Positions 13,416 through 23,866 of a stretch of 64,000 bases of DNA are shown in pieces (the stretch's first letter is position 1; every line of letters starts with the position of its first letter). Position numbers and translations under genes: made by a program. Under the pieces are notes generated by a model. It worked only from the letters and a program-made list of their open reading frames with translations. It was not told the origin of the DNA and ran no database searches. This DNA comes from Bdellovibrionales bacterium (lineage in GTDB: Bacteria > Bdellovibrionota > Bdellovibrionia > Bdellovibrionales > UBA1609). Where the stretch lies: positions 32,001 through 96,000 of the forward strand of contig JBFWVI010000003.1 of the NCBI GenBank assembly GCA_050246815.1, written 5' to 3'.

Positions 13416-15869
13416 ATGGATCGTCTTCCTGAACAATTGGGTGTTTCTGACGTCGACATCAATAAAGAAATGCGCGAAGCGTACCTGCAATATTCGATGA
13501 GCGTCATTGTAGGCCGCGCGCTACCAGATGTGCGCGATGGATTGAAGCCGGTTCATCGACGCTGCCTGTTTGCGATGAATGAACTCAGCAACACGCACGA
13601 TAAGCCTTACAAAAAATCCGCCCGTATCGTCGGTGATGTGATCGGTAAGTATCACCCCCATGGCGATATGTCGGTTTACGACACCATCGTGCGTATGGCC
13701 CAAGATTTTTCGTTGCGCTACCCGCTAGTGGACGGCCAAGGTAACTTTGGCTCCGTCGACGGCGATTCTCCGGCAGCGGCCCGTTATACGGAAATTCGCA
13801 TGACCAAGCTGACGGAAGAGTTGCTGGCCGATATCGAAAAAGACACGGTCCCCTTCGGCTGGAACTACGATGATTCGCTTTTGATCCCGCAAATTTTGCC
13901 GGCGAAGTTTCCAAATCTTTTAGTGAACGGAAGTTCGGGTATTGCGGTGGGTATGGCCACCAATATTCCCCCGCATAATTTGGGTGAAGTAATTGATGGC
14001 TGTATCGCGCTGATCAAAAATCCTGAAACCACTTTGGATGAGATCATTCGCTTGATTCCGGGGCCGGACTTTCCCACGGCCGGCGTGATTGCGGGTGCTA
14101 ACGGAATTTTGTCGGCTTATAAAACCGGCCGCGGCGTCATCAACCTAAAGGCAGTCGCCGAAATTGAAATGAAAAAGGACCGCGAAGAAATCATCGTCAC
14201 CGAAATTCCTTACCAGGTGAACAAAGCCAAGCTGATCGAGTCGATGGCAGACTTGGTCAAAGACAAAAAGATCGAAGGCATCGCCGATATTCGTGACGAA
14301 TCCAGTCGCGAAGGCATGCGTATCGTGATTCAGTTAAAACGTGGCGAGAACGCCCAAGTTGTATTGAATCGCCTTTATAAGTTCACCCAGATGCAAGTGA
14401 GCTTTGGCATCATCATGTTGGCCTTGGATGCCCGAAACCAGCCGAAAGTATTTAATCTTAAAGAGGTTTTGGAAGCTTTTATCACCCACCGCAAAGACGT
14501 CGTCACCCGACGCTGCATCTTTGATTTGCGCAAAGCCGAGGCCCGAGCACACATTTTGGAAGGCTTGAAAAAAGCTTTGGACCAGATCGATGCCGTGATC
14601 GCGACCATTCGCGCCGCCAAAGAAGCAGATGTCGCCAAAGAGAACTTGATGAGCAAGTTCAGCTTCAGCGACAAACAGGCGGTCGCGATTTTAGAAATGC
14701 GCTTGCAGCGCTTAACCGGCCTGGAGCGACAGAAAATTTTAGACGAACTGGCCGAAGTCAGCAAAACCATCGCTTGGCTGAAAAAAGTTTTGGGCGATGT
14801 GGGTGAGATCTACAAGCTCATCATGGGCGAGCTAGAAGAAATCAAAAAGAATTTTTCAGATCCCCGCCGCACGAAAATTGAAAGAAGCGGCGAAGAGCTG
14901 CAAGACGAAGATTTGATTGCCCGCGAAGAGATGGTCGTGTCGATGACCCAGGCAGGCTATATCAAACGCATCCCTGTAGATGAGTACCGCGTGCAAAAAC
15001 GCGGCGGCAAAGGCTTAAAAGGGGCCGAGACGCGCGAAGAAGATTTTGTGAACCGAGTTTTTGTTGCGGACACGCTGACGATGATTTTGGCGTTCTCAGA
15101 TCGTGGAAAAATGTATTGGTTGAAAGTGCACCAAATTCCTTTGGGTTCGCGCACCTCAAAAGGCAAAGCGATCAATAACATTGTCAACCTATCGCCCGGT
15201 GAAACGATTCGAACAATTTTGCCCATCAGTCAGTTTACGGCCGAGCATTTTGTGGTCATGCTCACGCAAAAAGGCACAATTAAGAAAACTTCGCTTGAAT
15301 CGTTCTCGAAACCACGCCCGTCTGGGCTTATCGCTTTAACCATCGAGCTGGATGACAATCTGAGCGATGCTAAAATTTCCACCGGCAACGACGACATCTT
15401 TATTGTCACCAAAGACGGGATGTCGATCCGTTTTGACGAGAACGAAGTGCGTGCTATGGGGCGCACCGCGCGCGGCGTACGGGGCATCTCGCTGGCCAAG
15501 GACGATATCGTCATTGGTATGGAAGTGATTGCCAAAGACAGCAAAGAAACTGTCTTGATGGTGACTAAAAATGGATATGGTAAGCGCACCTCGATGGAAG
15601 AATACCGACTGCAAGGCCGCGGTGGCGTCGGCATCATCACACAAAAAACCACTGACAAAGTCGGCGATGTGGTCAGTGCTCGCCTGGTCACGGATCAAGA
15701 GCAAATTTTAATCATGACCAACAATGGTCAATCCATTCGAACAAGCTGCAAAGAAATATCGGTTTTGGGCCGTAACACTCAAGGTGTACGTTTGATGAAT
15801 TTAAAAGATGACGAAACCGTCACCAGTGTAGCGGCATTGGCAGAGGAAGACGACAGCAAGGCGGAATGA
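13416..15869 (+). CDS. gyrA: DNA gyrase subunit A
   Basis: [23 protein letters not shown] catalytic Tyr, GyrA-box QKRGGKG. Confidence 0.98.
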   Translation: MDRLPEQLGVSDVDINKEMREAYLQYSMSVIVGRALPDVRDGLKPVHRRCLFAMNELSNTHDKPYKKSARIVGDVIGKYHPHGDMSVYDTIVRMAQDFSLRYPLVDGQGNFGSVDGDSPAAARYTEIRMTKLTEELLADIEKDTVPFGWNYDDSLLIPQILPAKFPNLLVNGSSGIAVGMATNIPPHNLGEVIDGCIALIKNPETTLDEIIRLIPGPDFPTAGVIAGANGILSAYKTGRGVINLKAVAEIEMKKDREEIIVTEIPYQVNKAKLIESMADLVKDKKIEGIADIRDESSREGMRIVIQLKRGENAQVVLNRLYKFTQMQVSFGIIMLALDARNQPKVFNLKEVLEAFITHRKDVVTRRCIFDLRKAEARAHILEGLKKALDQIDAVIATIRAAKEADVAKENLMSKFSFSDKQAVAILEMRLQRLTGLERQKILDELAEVSKTIAWLKKVLGDVGEIYKLIMGELEEIKKNFSDPRRTKIERSGEELQDEDLIAREEMVVSMTQAGYIKRIPVDEYRVQKRGGKGLKGAETREEDFVNRVFVADTLTMILAFSDRGKMYWLKVHQIPLGSRTSKGKAINNIVNLSPGETIRTILPISQFTAEHFVVMLTQKGTIKKTSLESFSKPRPSGLIALTIELDDNLSDAKISTGNDDIFIVTKDGMSIRFDENEVRAMGRTARGVRGISLAKDDIVIGMEVIAKDSKETVLMVTKNGYGKRTSMEEYRLQGRGGVGIITQKTTDKVGDVVSARLVTDQEQILIMTNNGQSIRTSCKEISVLGRNTQGVRLMNLKDDETVTSVAALAEEDDSKAE

Positions 15870-16675
15870 AGAATTTTTTTGCGGCCGGCCTTATCTTGGT
15901 TTCAATATTCGGCGTGGCGGGCTGTAATATTTCGTTTCAAAGATGGCAATTTCGCACGGCCAATAAGATGGCCGCAAATAAAGAACATAAAATGGCAGTG
16001 GATCTTTATTCACGGGTAATGAAGCGTGCACCCACACAGCCGCTTGCGATAGAAGCAGCTCGAATGGGTGCGCGCCTGGCCAGCTATGAGGTTAAGGATT
16101 ATGCCAAGGCGGTCGAATTTTACAGTCATATCGTATTGTATTCGCCCGATCCCAGCGAGCGTTTGACGGCGCAGAAGTCACTGACGGAAATTCAGTTTGA
16201 AAAGCTGATGAATTACGATCAGGCACTTATTGAGTTGAATCACCTAATTCCCCTGCTGCCGCCCAAAGAGCGTGCACCGTATCAACTGCAGGTCGCTCAC
16301 AGCTACTTCAATTTGAACAATTCATCGCAAGCCCTGATTGAAGTCGATGAATTGCTGAGTAAAAGAATCAGCTCGGATCTACGTTTCGAGGCCCTGGTTT
16401 TCAAGGGCAACCTGCTTCAAGCGGCGAAACGTTTAGACGAAGCGATCAAAGTCTTTACGGGCTTGCGTAAAGACTTTGAAAGTCGCGCGGCAGCCGAGAA
16501 TATAGGTATGAGCCTGGCCATTTGTTATGAAGAGAAAAGTGACCTGAAATCGGCCATTGAAGTCTTAGAAGACATGAAAAAGCATCATGCCAACCCAGAT
16601 TTTATCCAAATCCGTATTGCGCGCTTAAAAGAACGTTTGGCCAATCTGCCCGGTGCCCAGGGGTTCAAACGATGA
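15866..16675 (+). CDS. TPR-repeat putative lipoprotein
   Basis: Signal peptide with lipobox VAGC; repeated helical TPR-like patterns; ATGA overlaps on both sides. Confidence 0.7.
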   Translation: MKNFFAAGLILVSIFGVAGCNISFQRWQFRTANKMAANKEHKMAVDLYSRVMKRAPTQPLAIEAARMGARLASYEVKDYAKAVEFYSHIVLYSPDPSERLTAQKSLTEIQFEKLMNYDQALIELNHLIPLLPPKERAPYQLQVAHSYFNLNNSSQALIEVDELLSKRISSDLRFEALVFKGNLLQAAKRLDEAIKVFTGLRKDFESRAAAENIGMSLAICYEEKSDLKSAIEVLEDMKKHHANPDFIQIRIARLKERLANLPGAQGFKR

Positions 16676-16896
16676 AACTTCCCCGAAACAGCCCTTTTGC
16701 GGTGTTTGCAGGAATCGGTTTTGAGATCGTGGGGCTGATTCTGGGGGCGGTTTGGTTGGGTGGGTACCTAGACCGCAAATTCGGTCTGCAAGGCATCTTC
16801 ACGCTGATTTTGATTCTGCTGGCGGCAACAGGTTGGATGCTTCACGTTTTCTTCTTATTACGGCGACTTAATCAAAATTCATCGGACCAAAAATGA
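16672..16896 (+). CDS. AtpZ/AtpI-family (ATPase gene 1) small membrane protein
   Basis: G..LG.YLDRKFG motif, two TM helices, upstream of atpB. Confidence 0.8.
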   Translation: MKLPRNSPFAVFAGIGFEIVGLILGAVWLGGYLDRKFGLQGIFTLILILLAATGWMLHVFFLLRRLNQNSSDQK

Positions 16897-17252
16897 GACT
16901 GAAAACAGGCTATCCGGGGGTGATCCAGTTCCATACCCTCTTGATTGTACTGCTTACGGTGACAACCGAATTTCTGTTTGGCCAAAGCCGCGCCACGTCA
17001 TTTATGGCCGGAGCACTGGTGATTTGGCTCAATTGGTGGATTCTGGGTTTGAGCTGGAGGCACGTTGAGGGAAAAAAACCAATTGCTCTGGCGGCAGGTC
17101 TCATTGTAATCAAGTATCCGCTTTTAGCCGCAATATGTCTGCTTTGCCTTCGCCAGGAATGGTTCAGGCTGGGTTGGTTTGCCGCTGGGATCGCAACGGT
17201 GATTCCCGCGGGATTTTGGGGAGCTCTTCGGGGCCGCAAAATTAAAACATAG
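16893..17252 (+). CDS. atpI: ATP synthase protein I-like membrane protein
   Basis: Four hydrophobic segments; position directly before atpB. Confidence 0.6.
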   Translation: MRLKTGYPGVIQFHTLLIVLLTVTTEFLFGQSRATSFMAGALVIWLNWWILGLSWRHVEGKKPIALAAGLIVIKYPLLAAICLLCLRQEWFRLGWFAAGIATVIPAGFWGALRGRKIKT

Positions 17253-17271
17253 ATTTTAGGAAGTACGAGTT

Positions 17272-17961
17272 TTGGTACACTTCAATTGGACACAATTAAT
17301 TCCAGGGGTAGGTCACGATCATTTGCACACGGCAACCGCAGTTGTTGCGGGCACCGTACTTGGTGTCTTTGCTGTCGCGGGCCGATTGGCTCTTGGTTCC
17401 GGTGAGCAAGCAGTGGTTCCGGCCGGCAAATTTTCTCTCAAAGGTATTTTTGAAGTCATCACCGAATTTATTATCGGCATGGTGGACATGGTAATTGGTG
17501 AGCATGGCCGTAAGTACACCCCATTTTTTGCCGCGATATTCTTTTATATTTGGATTAACAACATGATTGGCTTGCTGCCGGGCATGACCGCGGCCACAGA
17601 CAACATGAATACGACACTGGCTCTGGGCCTGTTTGTTTTTGCGGTCTACAATACACTGGGTGTAAAAGAAAATGGCTGGGCTTACTTGAAGCACTTCTTC
17701 GGTCCTGTTTGGTGGTTGGCTTGGTTGATCGTCTTGATCGAAATCATGTCGCATCTTTTGCGCCCGATGACCCTGGGGCTTCGTCTGCGCGGAAATATTT
17801 CGGCCGATCACACAGTTTTATCGATTTTTCTAGATTTGGTTCCTTGGGTTGTTCCGATGGTTTTCTATGGCATGGGTATTTTTGTGGCTTCGATGCAAGC
17901 ATTCGTCTTTACGGTGCTATCGATGGTCTACGTTTCAATGGCAGTGGCTCACGAACATTAG
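17272..17961 (+). CDS. atpB: ATP synthase Fo subunit a (TTG start)
   Basis: NMIGLLPG, RPMTLGLRLRGNISADH, QAFVFTVLS. Confidence 0.95.
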   Translation: MVHFNWTQLIPGVGHDHLHTATAVVAGTVLGVFAVAGRLALGSGEQAVVPAGKFSLKGIFEVITEFIIGMVDMVIGEHGRKYTPFFAAIFFYIWINNMIGLLPGMTAATDNMNTTLALGLFVFAVYNTLGVKENGWAYLKHFFGPVWWLAWLIVLIEIMSHLLRPMTLGLRLRGNISADHTVLSIFLDLVPWVVPMVFYGMGIFVASMQAFVFTVLSMVYVSMAVAHEH

Positions 17962-18007
17962 TATTTGAAATTTAAATCAATTTATTTAACTCAAAGGGAG
18001 TAACAGA

Positions 18008-18328
18008 ATGAAAAAATTGATGTTGGTGTTGGTTGGTTTGGTTGCATCCGCTCCGGCTTGGGCACAAGAAGCAGTTGCGGCAGTGACTCATAGCGGACTG
18101 GGCGATAAAGGCTTTTACGCTCTTGGCGGTGGTATCATCTTGGGCTTGGCGGCCTTAGGCGGTACTTTGGGCCAAGGTAAAATTGGTGCGGCCGCGATGG
18201 ATGGCATTGCCCGCAACCCGCAGGCAGGCAAAGATATGTTCACGCCGATGATGATCGGTCTGGCCCTGGTCGAATCGCTTGTGATCTTGGCCTTTGCCTT
18301 GGCGTTCTTGTTCCAGATGAAAATGTAA
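18008..18328 (+). CDS. atpE: ATP synthase Fo subunit c with N-terminal signal-like extension
   Basis: GQG..GIARNP, LALVES (essential Glu). Confidence 0.95.
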   Translation: MKKLMLVLVGLVASAPAWAQEAVAAVTHSGLGDKGFYALGGGIILGLAALGGTLGQGKIGAAAMDGIARNPQAGKDMFTPMMIGLALVESLVILAFALAFLFQMKM

Positions 18329-18350
18329 TTTTCTGAGACAATAGATCCTT

Positions 18351-18380
18351 AAAAAGCCGACGCAATGCGCCGGCTTTTTT
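18351..18380 (+). terminator. Intrinsic terminator after atpE
   Basis: AAAAAGCCG...CGGCTTTTTT hairpin with U-tract. Confidence 0.8.
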
Positions 18381-18496
18381 GTTTCAAAATGAGAATATGC
18401 TAAGAGTGCTTGAAGGCAGTTCGCCTTTTTGTCCATAAGTGCCAAATTCGATGACAGCGACTTCACAATCTCTTACCAATTCGCCGATATAGAGAT

Positions 18497-20533
18497 GTGA
18501 GCGAAGAAAACAAGCCTCAACAGCCCGTCGTAACGGAAGCCACTGCCCAGACCGATCAGGTCGTGGACATTGATCAACTTGAAGTTGAAGTGCTAATTAT
18601 TTGTAAAAATCCGGCTGGGTTTCAACAGTGCGCTTCTTTTTTAAGTCGTCGCGGCTGGCCGACAACTGTGATGGGCAACTTGAGTAAAGCCATCGATTAC
18701 ATCGTTAAAAATTCACCTGATTTCGTCATGCTCAGTTGCAACCATCCAAATCCTGGAACACAAAGGCTTCCCAACCTATTGGCGCAAATGAAGACGACTT
18801 GCATTGGATTCTCTGAAACCGGAGATGCCTCGAGCAACGCAAAGCTAGCCGGTTTGGCTCTTAAGCATAAGTTGCAAGGGCTGCCCAGCGGCCCAAATGT
18901 GCAGCGCATGATCCGCAAAATTTTAATGGAGATCTACAACCCCCACGCCGCTGCAAAAGAGTCAGAGGGACAAGAGAGCAATGACGGCAAAGATAGAACC
19001 GTTGTAACGGGTTCGAACGCCAAGGGCAAAGATGGCAACTCCATTTCAATTAAGGGTTCTGAGCAGGGCAGTACTGGCCCGCTCTCGCAAGGCAAAGATG
19101 ATGACGAATCTTTGGACGTCGGCAATTATCGAATGGGGCGAAAAAAAGAAAGAAAGCGCCTTAAAGATCTCAATAGTGGAGATGGCGGTCAAAAAGAAGC
19201 CGGCGGCGAAGCCGCGCAGATCGATAAAAAGGCTTTGCTTGAATTGGCGGCTCAAAGTGATGAAAAAGCACGTGGTGAGTCAGGCATGATGTTCATGCCC
19301 AATAAGGGTGAAGACATCCAAAATCATGAACAGGAAAAAGCACGATCCGTAGACCGTAATCGCGAGGCGCAAACAGAACCCCATTTAGCTAAAGATGGTT
19401 TTAGCGCGATTCAAAAGGGTGGAAGTTCTAACGCCCACAATGCCACTCAAGAAGGTGGCGATTCACTAAAACACAATGTGACCGAGCAAGGCCCAGACTC
19501 CTTAAAGCACAGTGAGCATCAACAGGCTCAGGCGGGCAAAAGCCTCAGCAGCCAACAAAAGGCAGGGCCTGCAGCAAATGGCTTTAGCGCAGCACAGGCC
19601 GGATCCAGCGGTGACAAGGCCAACGCCGCGACACAGACGGCGACTGACCAGTCGCCTGAACTCTCGTCAACAGAAGCAGGCCGTTCGCCGAACACGAACG
19701 GCAAAAACGGAGCTCAGTCGAATGCAGGAGATGTCGCAAACGGAAGTCCTGCAAGCCAGGGACAAAATCGAAAAGAGCAACGAAATGGTCCTGTCGTTCC
19801 GATAAAACCACTAAAGACCTTTGTCGATTCAGATGGTCAAGCGCTAAAAGCGGGGTCGTTTCAATCGCTATTCGAAAAATCGATTCAAATCGCGCTTGAA
19901 CGCACATGCAAAGTCGGAATGCCTGGAAAATCAAATGAGTATGTGGACACAGTGGCCACGTTACCTATCGATTCTCCCGAGCTTTACGGCTATTTAGTTG
20001 TCAATATCGCCGGGCTAAGGCCAGAAGTTTTGATGCAGTTTATAACCGAATTTCGCTATGAACTTTGCAAAGTGATGGAAGAGCTCAACGTTCAGGCCAG
20101 TATTGAAGATGGTTTTGTGTTGGTGCAGCAGCAGTTTCACTTTATGGACTGGTCGATGCAGGAAGCGTCGCTGTGCTTAACCACTGAGCATGATGGCTAC
20201 GTTGTCGGTGTTTCTTTCTTGCCCACCGCTGAACGCTTAAAAGATCCGCGCGAAAGTGAAAAACCTGATATGGCCTTGATCAGTCTGGACCACATTGACA
20301 CCGAAAAGCCAGTGCCCTTTAAAGCCTACCTTCACTTCAAGCGTAGCGATCGGTTTTACCTTTACATCAGAAATGGTCGACGACTATTTGCAGAACAAAA
20401 ACAGCGCCTGCTAAAAAGAAAAATTTCTGACTTCTATATTAAGTCGGTGGACATCAACAATTTTCGAACATATTCGGCCGCGAACTTTATCAGTAAAAGT
20501 CTTCGAAAAATCAAAACATCGAAGGCCGGCTGA
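18497..20533 (+). CDS. Hypothetical protein: receiver-like N-domain, long low-complexity linker, globular C-domain
   Basis: 678-aa ORF; EVLII...PDFVMLS receiver-like pattern; G/S/Q/E/K-rich middle. Confidence 0.75.
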   Translation: MSEENKPQQPVVTEATAQTDQVVDIDQLEVEVLIICKNPAGFQQCASFLSRRGWPTTVMGNLSKAIDYIVKNSPDFVMLSCNHPNPGTQRLPNLLAQMKTTCIGFSETGDASSNAKLAGLALKHKLQGLPSGPNVQRMIRKILMEIYNPHAAAKESEGQESNDGKDRTVVTGSNAKGKDGNSISIKGSEQGSTGPLSQGKDDDESLDVGNYRMGRKKERKRLKDLNSGDGGQKEAGGEAAQIDKKALLELAAQSDEKARGESGMMFMPNKGEDIQNHEQEKARSVDRNREAQTEPHLAKDGFSAIQKGGSSNAHNATQEGGDSLKHNVTEQGPDSLKHSEHQQAQAGKSLSSQQKAGPAANGFSAAQAGSSGDKANAATQTATDQSPELSSTEAGRSPNTNGKNGAQSNAGDVANGSPASQGQNRKEQRNGPVVPIKPLKTFVDSDGQALKAGSFQSLFEKSIQIALERTCKVGMPGKSNEYVDTVATLPIDSPELYGYLVVNIAGLRPEVLMQFITEFRYELCKVMEELNVQASIEDGFVLVQQQFHFMDWSMQEASLCLTTEHDGYVVGVSFLPTAERLKDPRESEKPDMALISLDHIDTEKPVPFKAYLHFKRSDRFYLYIRNGRRLFAEQKQRLLKRKISDFYIKSVDINNFRTYSAANFISKSLRKIKTSKAG

Positions 20534-20535
20534 AA

Positions 20536-21909
20536 TCACCCCTTCAGCATGGGCAAAACAATAGATTCAAATTGGTCACGAATATTTTTAAGATTTTGTG
20601 GTGAATCAGCCTCAAAACGAAGGACCAACACAGGTTGAGTGTTTGATGCCCGAGCCAGAGCCCAACCGGTTTCAAAGCTTACGCGAATTCCATCGATCAG
20701 GTTCACCTTGCAGTCCGTGCGCTTGGCAAAGGCGTCACGCAGCTTTGTCACAATTGCATGCTTTTTTTCTTCTGTCGTGTCGATGCGAATTTCGGGCGTG
20801 TTGAACGATGGGGGTAGATCCGACAGTAGCTGACGTATGGTCTTTCCGGATTTGGCTAAGATCTCGACCACGCGAAGACCCGCGTACAGGGCATCATCAT
20901 ATCCATAGTTGCGGTCGGCAAAAAAGATGTGGCCGCTAAGCTCCCCACCAAAAGGGGCTTTCTCCACCTTGATTTTTTCTTTAACTAAGCTGTGGCCGGT
21001 CTTCCACATGATCGGTTGGCCGCCGTACTTGGCGATGTAATCAAACACCCGGTCAGAACATTTGACGTCACCAATGATTTTCTCGCCGGGACGGTCGTTT
21101 AAAATGAAGCGACTGCAAAGAGCCATCAGCTCATCGCCCAAAATGATTCGCCCTTCGTCGTCCACCACGCCAATGCGATCGGCGTCGCCATCAAAACCGA
21201 TACCAACACGGGCCTTGCGCTTTTTTACCTCATGGATCAGATCCACCAAATTTTCTGCCACGGTCGGATCAGGATGATGGTTAGGAAAACGGCCATCTGG
21301 TTCTTCGAATAAAATGGTCGGCTTTAATCCAACACCCTCGTAGAGGCGACGCGCGATGCAGCCCCCCGCCCCGTTGCCGCAATCCAACACCAACGGGATG
21401 TCAGGGATTTGTCCAAACTCTTCCCGGTAGCGTTGAAGATAGGAGGGAAAGATGTCCATCGTTTCTTCGCTTCCCTGCCCTTGTAAAAAATTTTGTTTGT
21501 TTATAATGGCTTTTAACTTCTGAATCTCTTCGCCAAAAATCGTCGATTTGCCTACGGAAATTTTAAAGCCATTGTATTCGGGGGGGTTGTGGCTGCCCGT
21601 CACCATGATCGCGCCGTTCACCTGCTCTATTGTGAAAGTAGCAAAATAGCTGATCGGAGAAGTCACGAGTCCTAAATGGATGACATTGCCACCGGACTGA
21701 CAGATACCGCGCGCCAAAGCGTTGATCAGCATAGGGCTTGAAGAGCGAGCGTCATGGCCCAGGGCGACGGTAGGATTTCTGATACCTTTCTGCTGGTAAA
21801 CAAGCGTCACGTAGGCACGACCTAAGGCTTGTGCAAAATCGGCGTCGAAGTCGTGATCAACAACGCCACGGATGTCATATTCGCGAAAGACCACAGGATT
21901 CATTTTCAT
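20536..21909 (-). CDS. Phosphomannomutase/phosphoglucomutase
   Basis: FREYDIRG, TGSHNP, FDGDADR, GELSGH, RASNTQP; ATGA overlap with pdxA stop. Confidence 0.95.
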   Translation of the reverse strand: MKMNPVVFREYDIRGVVDHDFDADFAQALGRAYVTLVYQQKGIRNPTVALGHDARSSSPMLINALARGICQSGGNVIHLGLVTSPISYFATFTIEQVNGAIMVTGSHNPPEYNGFKISVGKSTIFGEEIQKLKAIINKQNFLQGQGSEETMDIFPSYLQRYREEFGQIPDIPLVLDCGNGAGGCIARRLYEGVGLKPTILFEEPDGRFPNHHPDPTVAENLVDLIHEVKKRKARVGIGFDGDADRIGVVDDEGRIILGDELMALCSRFILNDRPGEKIIGDVKCSDRVFDYIAKYGGQPIMWKTGHSLVKEKIKVEKAPFGGELSGHIFFADRNYGYDDALYAGLRVVEILAKSGKTIRQLLSDLPPSFNTPEIRIDTTEEKKHAIVTKLRDAFAKRTDCKVNLIDGIRVSFETGWALARASNTQPVLVLRFEADSPQNLKNIRDQFESIVLPMLKG

Positions 21910-22892
21910 AACAGACCTCGTTCGGTTTGGCATAAATAGATGGCAGAAGTGAGGGCCTCAAGCATCGAACCCTCACTTGCTTGGTTTTTGGTGAAGAGTT
22001 CTTTGGCAGTTCCATGATCCACGCTGGTGCGAACAAAGGGAAGACCCATGGTCAGATGGATTCCCTGGTCAAAGCCGTGAACCATTTTGAAGGGAATTAA
22101 GCCTTGGTCATGATAGGGGCACACGTAGATTGAAATCTGCTCCTGCATGTGCGGCAAAAAGGCGGCGTCTGGAACCAGGGGCCCAAGCAACAGATGGCCG
22201 CGCTGACGAAAGCGTTTAAGCAAGGGCTGCATCAAAGAATGTTCTTCACGACCGATAAGGCCCTGCTCTCCGGCGTGGGGATTCAGCCCCACTACTGCAA
22301 TTGGTAGTGTACGTTTGGCTTTTGGCAAGAGCTGCCGAAGCTGTAGGGCGTGCTCGATTGCGAGGGAAAGCCGCTTTGCAGTCAGATGCTTTTTCACGGC
22401 GGCAAGAGGCACATGGGCCGTAGTCAAAACCACTCCAAAGTGTTCACCAACAAAGCCCATGAACAAATTTTTGCGGCCACTGATTTTCGCAAGCATTTCG
22501 GTGTGTCCCAATTGTGTAAATCCGGCGGCCTTTTGCCCGGTCTTGCTAAGAGGGCCTGTCACTAGGGCATCACAAAGACCAGCCATACAGGCGTGTGCCG
22601 AGCTCCAAACCCAGGCCGCAGGCGCTGCCGGAGAAATCACGTCAATGATTTCACGATGGTCATAGGGTAAGGTCCAAACATCGGCGTGATCCTTGATCGA
22701 AATGCGAGAAAACTTTTTTTCCAGCAAATGCAGATGCGATCGTGGACACTGTGGTGAGCGCCAAAAAAGAAACTGCACATCCTCTTGCGGGCCTAAACGA
22801 TGAAGCGCTTTGGCCGCAACCTCGCTGCCGATGCCGTCGGGGTCACCGGTGGTGATTGAAATTCGAAGATGACGATTATTTGGCTTTTGCAT
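21906..22892 (-). CDS. pdxA: 4-hydroxythreonine-4-phosphate dehydrogenase PdxA
   Basis: GDPDGIG, GHTE, GLNPHAGE, YHDQG, RTSVDHGTA; follows surA. Confidence 0.92.
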   Translation of the reverse strand: MQKPNNRHLRISITTGDPDGIGSEVAAKALHRLGPQEDVQFLFWRSPQCPRSHLHLLEKKFSRISIKDHADVWTLPYDHREIIDVISPAAPAAWVWSSAHACMAGLCDALVTGPLSKTGQKAAGFTQLGHTEMLAKISGRKNLFMGFVGEHFGVVLTTAHVPLAAVKKHLTAKRLSLAIEHALQLRQLLPKAKRTLPIAVVGLNPHAGEQGLIGREEHSLMQPLLKRFRQRGHLLLGPLVPDAAFLPHMQEQISIYVCPYHDQGLIPFKMVHGFDQGIHLTMGLPFVRTSVDHGTAKELFTKNQASEGSMLEALTSAIYLCQTERGLL

Positions 22893-23862
22893 CCGCCACG
22901 TCGTTAATGCGCACAAAAGCTTCGTCGCGACGCTGGTTCAGCCACGAGCGGAATTGGCGCTTGAAGGCTTCCGCGAACAGTTGGCCGCGGATTTGCTCTT
23001 TTTTACTATCGAGCTCAGGGTCAGAGGTCACTGTTTTTTTCAAAACCTTAACCAGATGAATGCCCATACGAGTCTTAATAGGATTCGAAATGTCACCGAC
23101 ATTAAGGCCACGAACGCCTTCTTCAATTTCCTTTAGCATCTCACCGGATTTGAAATTGCCCAGCAGCCCGCCTTGGGAAAAGTTAGGGTCTTCGCTGTTT
23201 TGTTCGGCCAGCTTTTCAAAGGGTAGATTGTCTTTGAGTTTCTTTTTCACTTGGGTCGCACGCTCGCGAGCTGCCTTTTCGCCTCCGTTTGAGGGCAAAA
23301 AGAGAATATGAGCCAAAGAGTATTCGTAAGCTTGATTGCTTTTGACGCCTTTCACATTGGCGTAATGGGCGGCTACGTCTTCATCCGATATTTTAATACG
23401 CGAAGAAACTTCTCGCTCAATCAAGCTTTGTCGTTCGATCGAAGTTTTAATAAAGGCCTGGTAGTCGCTCATGGACGTGCCCTTTTGTGCCAAAACCTCG
23501 CGCAGCTGCGCGCGCGTGAGTTGGCGGGAACGCAGGATATTTCGAATTTCTTGCTCGACACGCTCAAAGGTGATGTCGAGACCACGTTTTTTAACTTCCG
23601 AATCGATCACGGCCTCATCGATTAAATAATTGATTAAAGCCTGGCGATCTTTGACCAATATTTTGCGATCGACCAGTTGCAAAAGGGCGTCGTCGACCAA
23701 GCCTTCGCCGGTTAATTTTTTGCGGAAACTGTCGACGTCCGACTGCAAAATCACGCGATCATTCACCACAGTGATGATTCTTTCAATGATCTTGGCCGAA
23801 GCTACGCTTGCGCCGAACGCGAGACTGACCAGGAACAGCAATTGATTTCGACGGAACGGCAT
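22876..23862 (-). CDS. surA: SurA-like periplasmic chaperone/parvulin PPIase
   Basis: Signal peptide, IERIITVVNDRVIL SurA N-domain, LAHIL..FEKLA..SED..GGLLG. Confidence 0.85.
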   Translation of the reverse strand: MPFRRNQLLFLVSLAFGASVASAKIIERIITVVNDRVILQSDVDSFRKKLTGEGLVDDALLQLVDRKILVKDRQALINYLIDEAVIDSEVKKRGLDITFERVEQEIRNILRSRQLTRAQLREVLAQKGTSMSDYQAFIKTSIERQSLIEREVSSRIKISDEDVAAHYANVKGVKSNQAYEYSLAHILFLPSNGGEKAARERATQVKKKLKDNLPFEKLAEQNSEDPNFSQGGLLGNFKSGEMLKEIEEGVRGLNVGDISNPIKTRMGIHLVKVLKKTVTSDPELDSKKEQIRGQLFAEAFKRQFRSWLNQRRDEAFVRINDVADAKAK

Positions 23863-23866
23863 AAAA

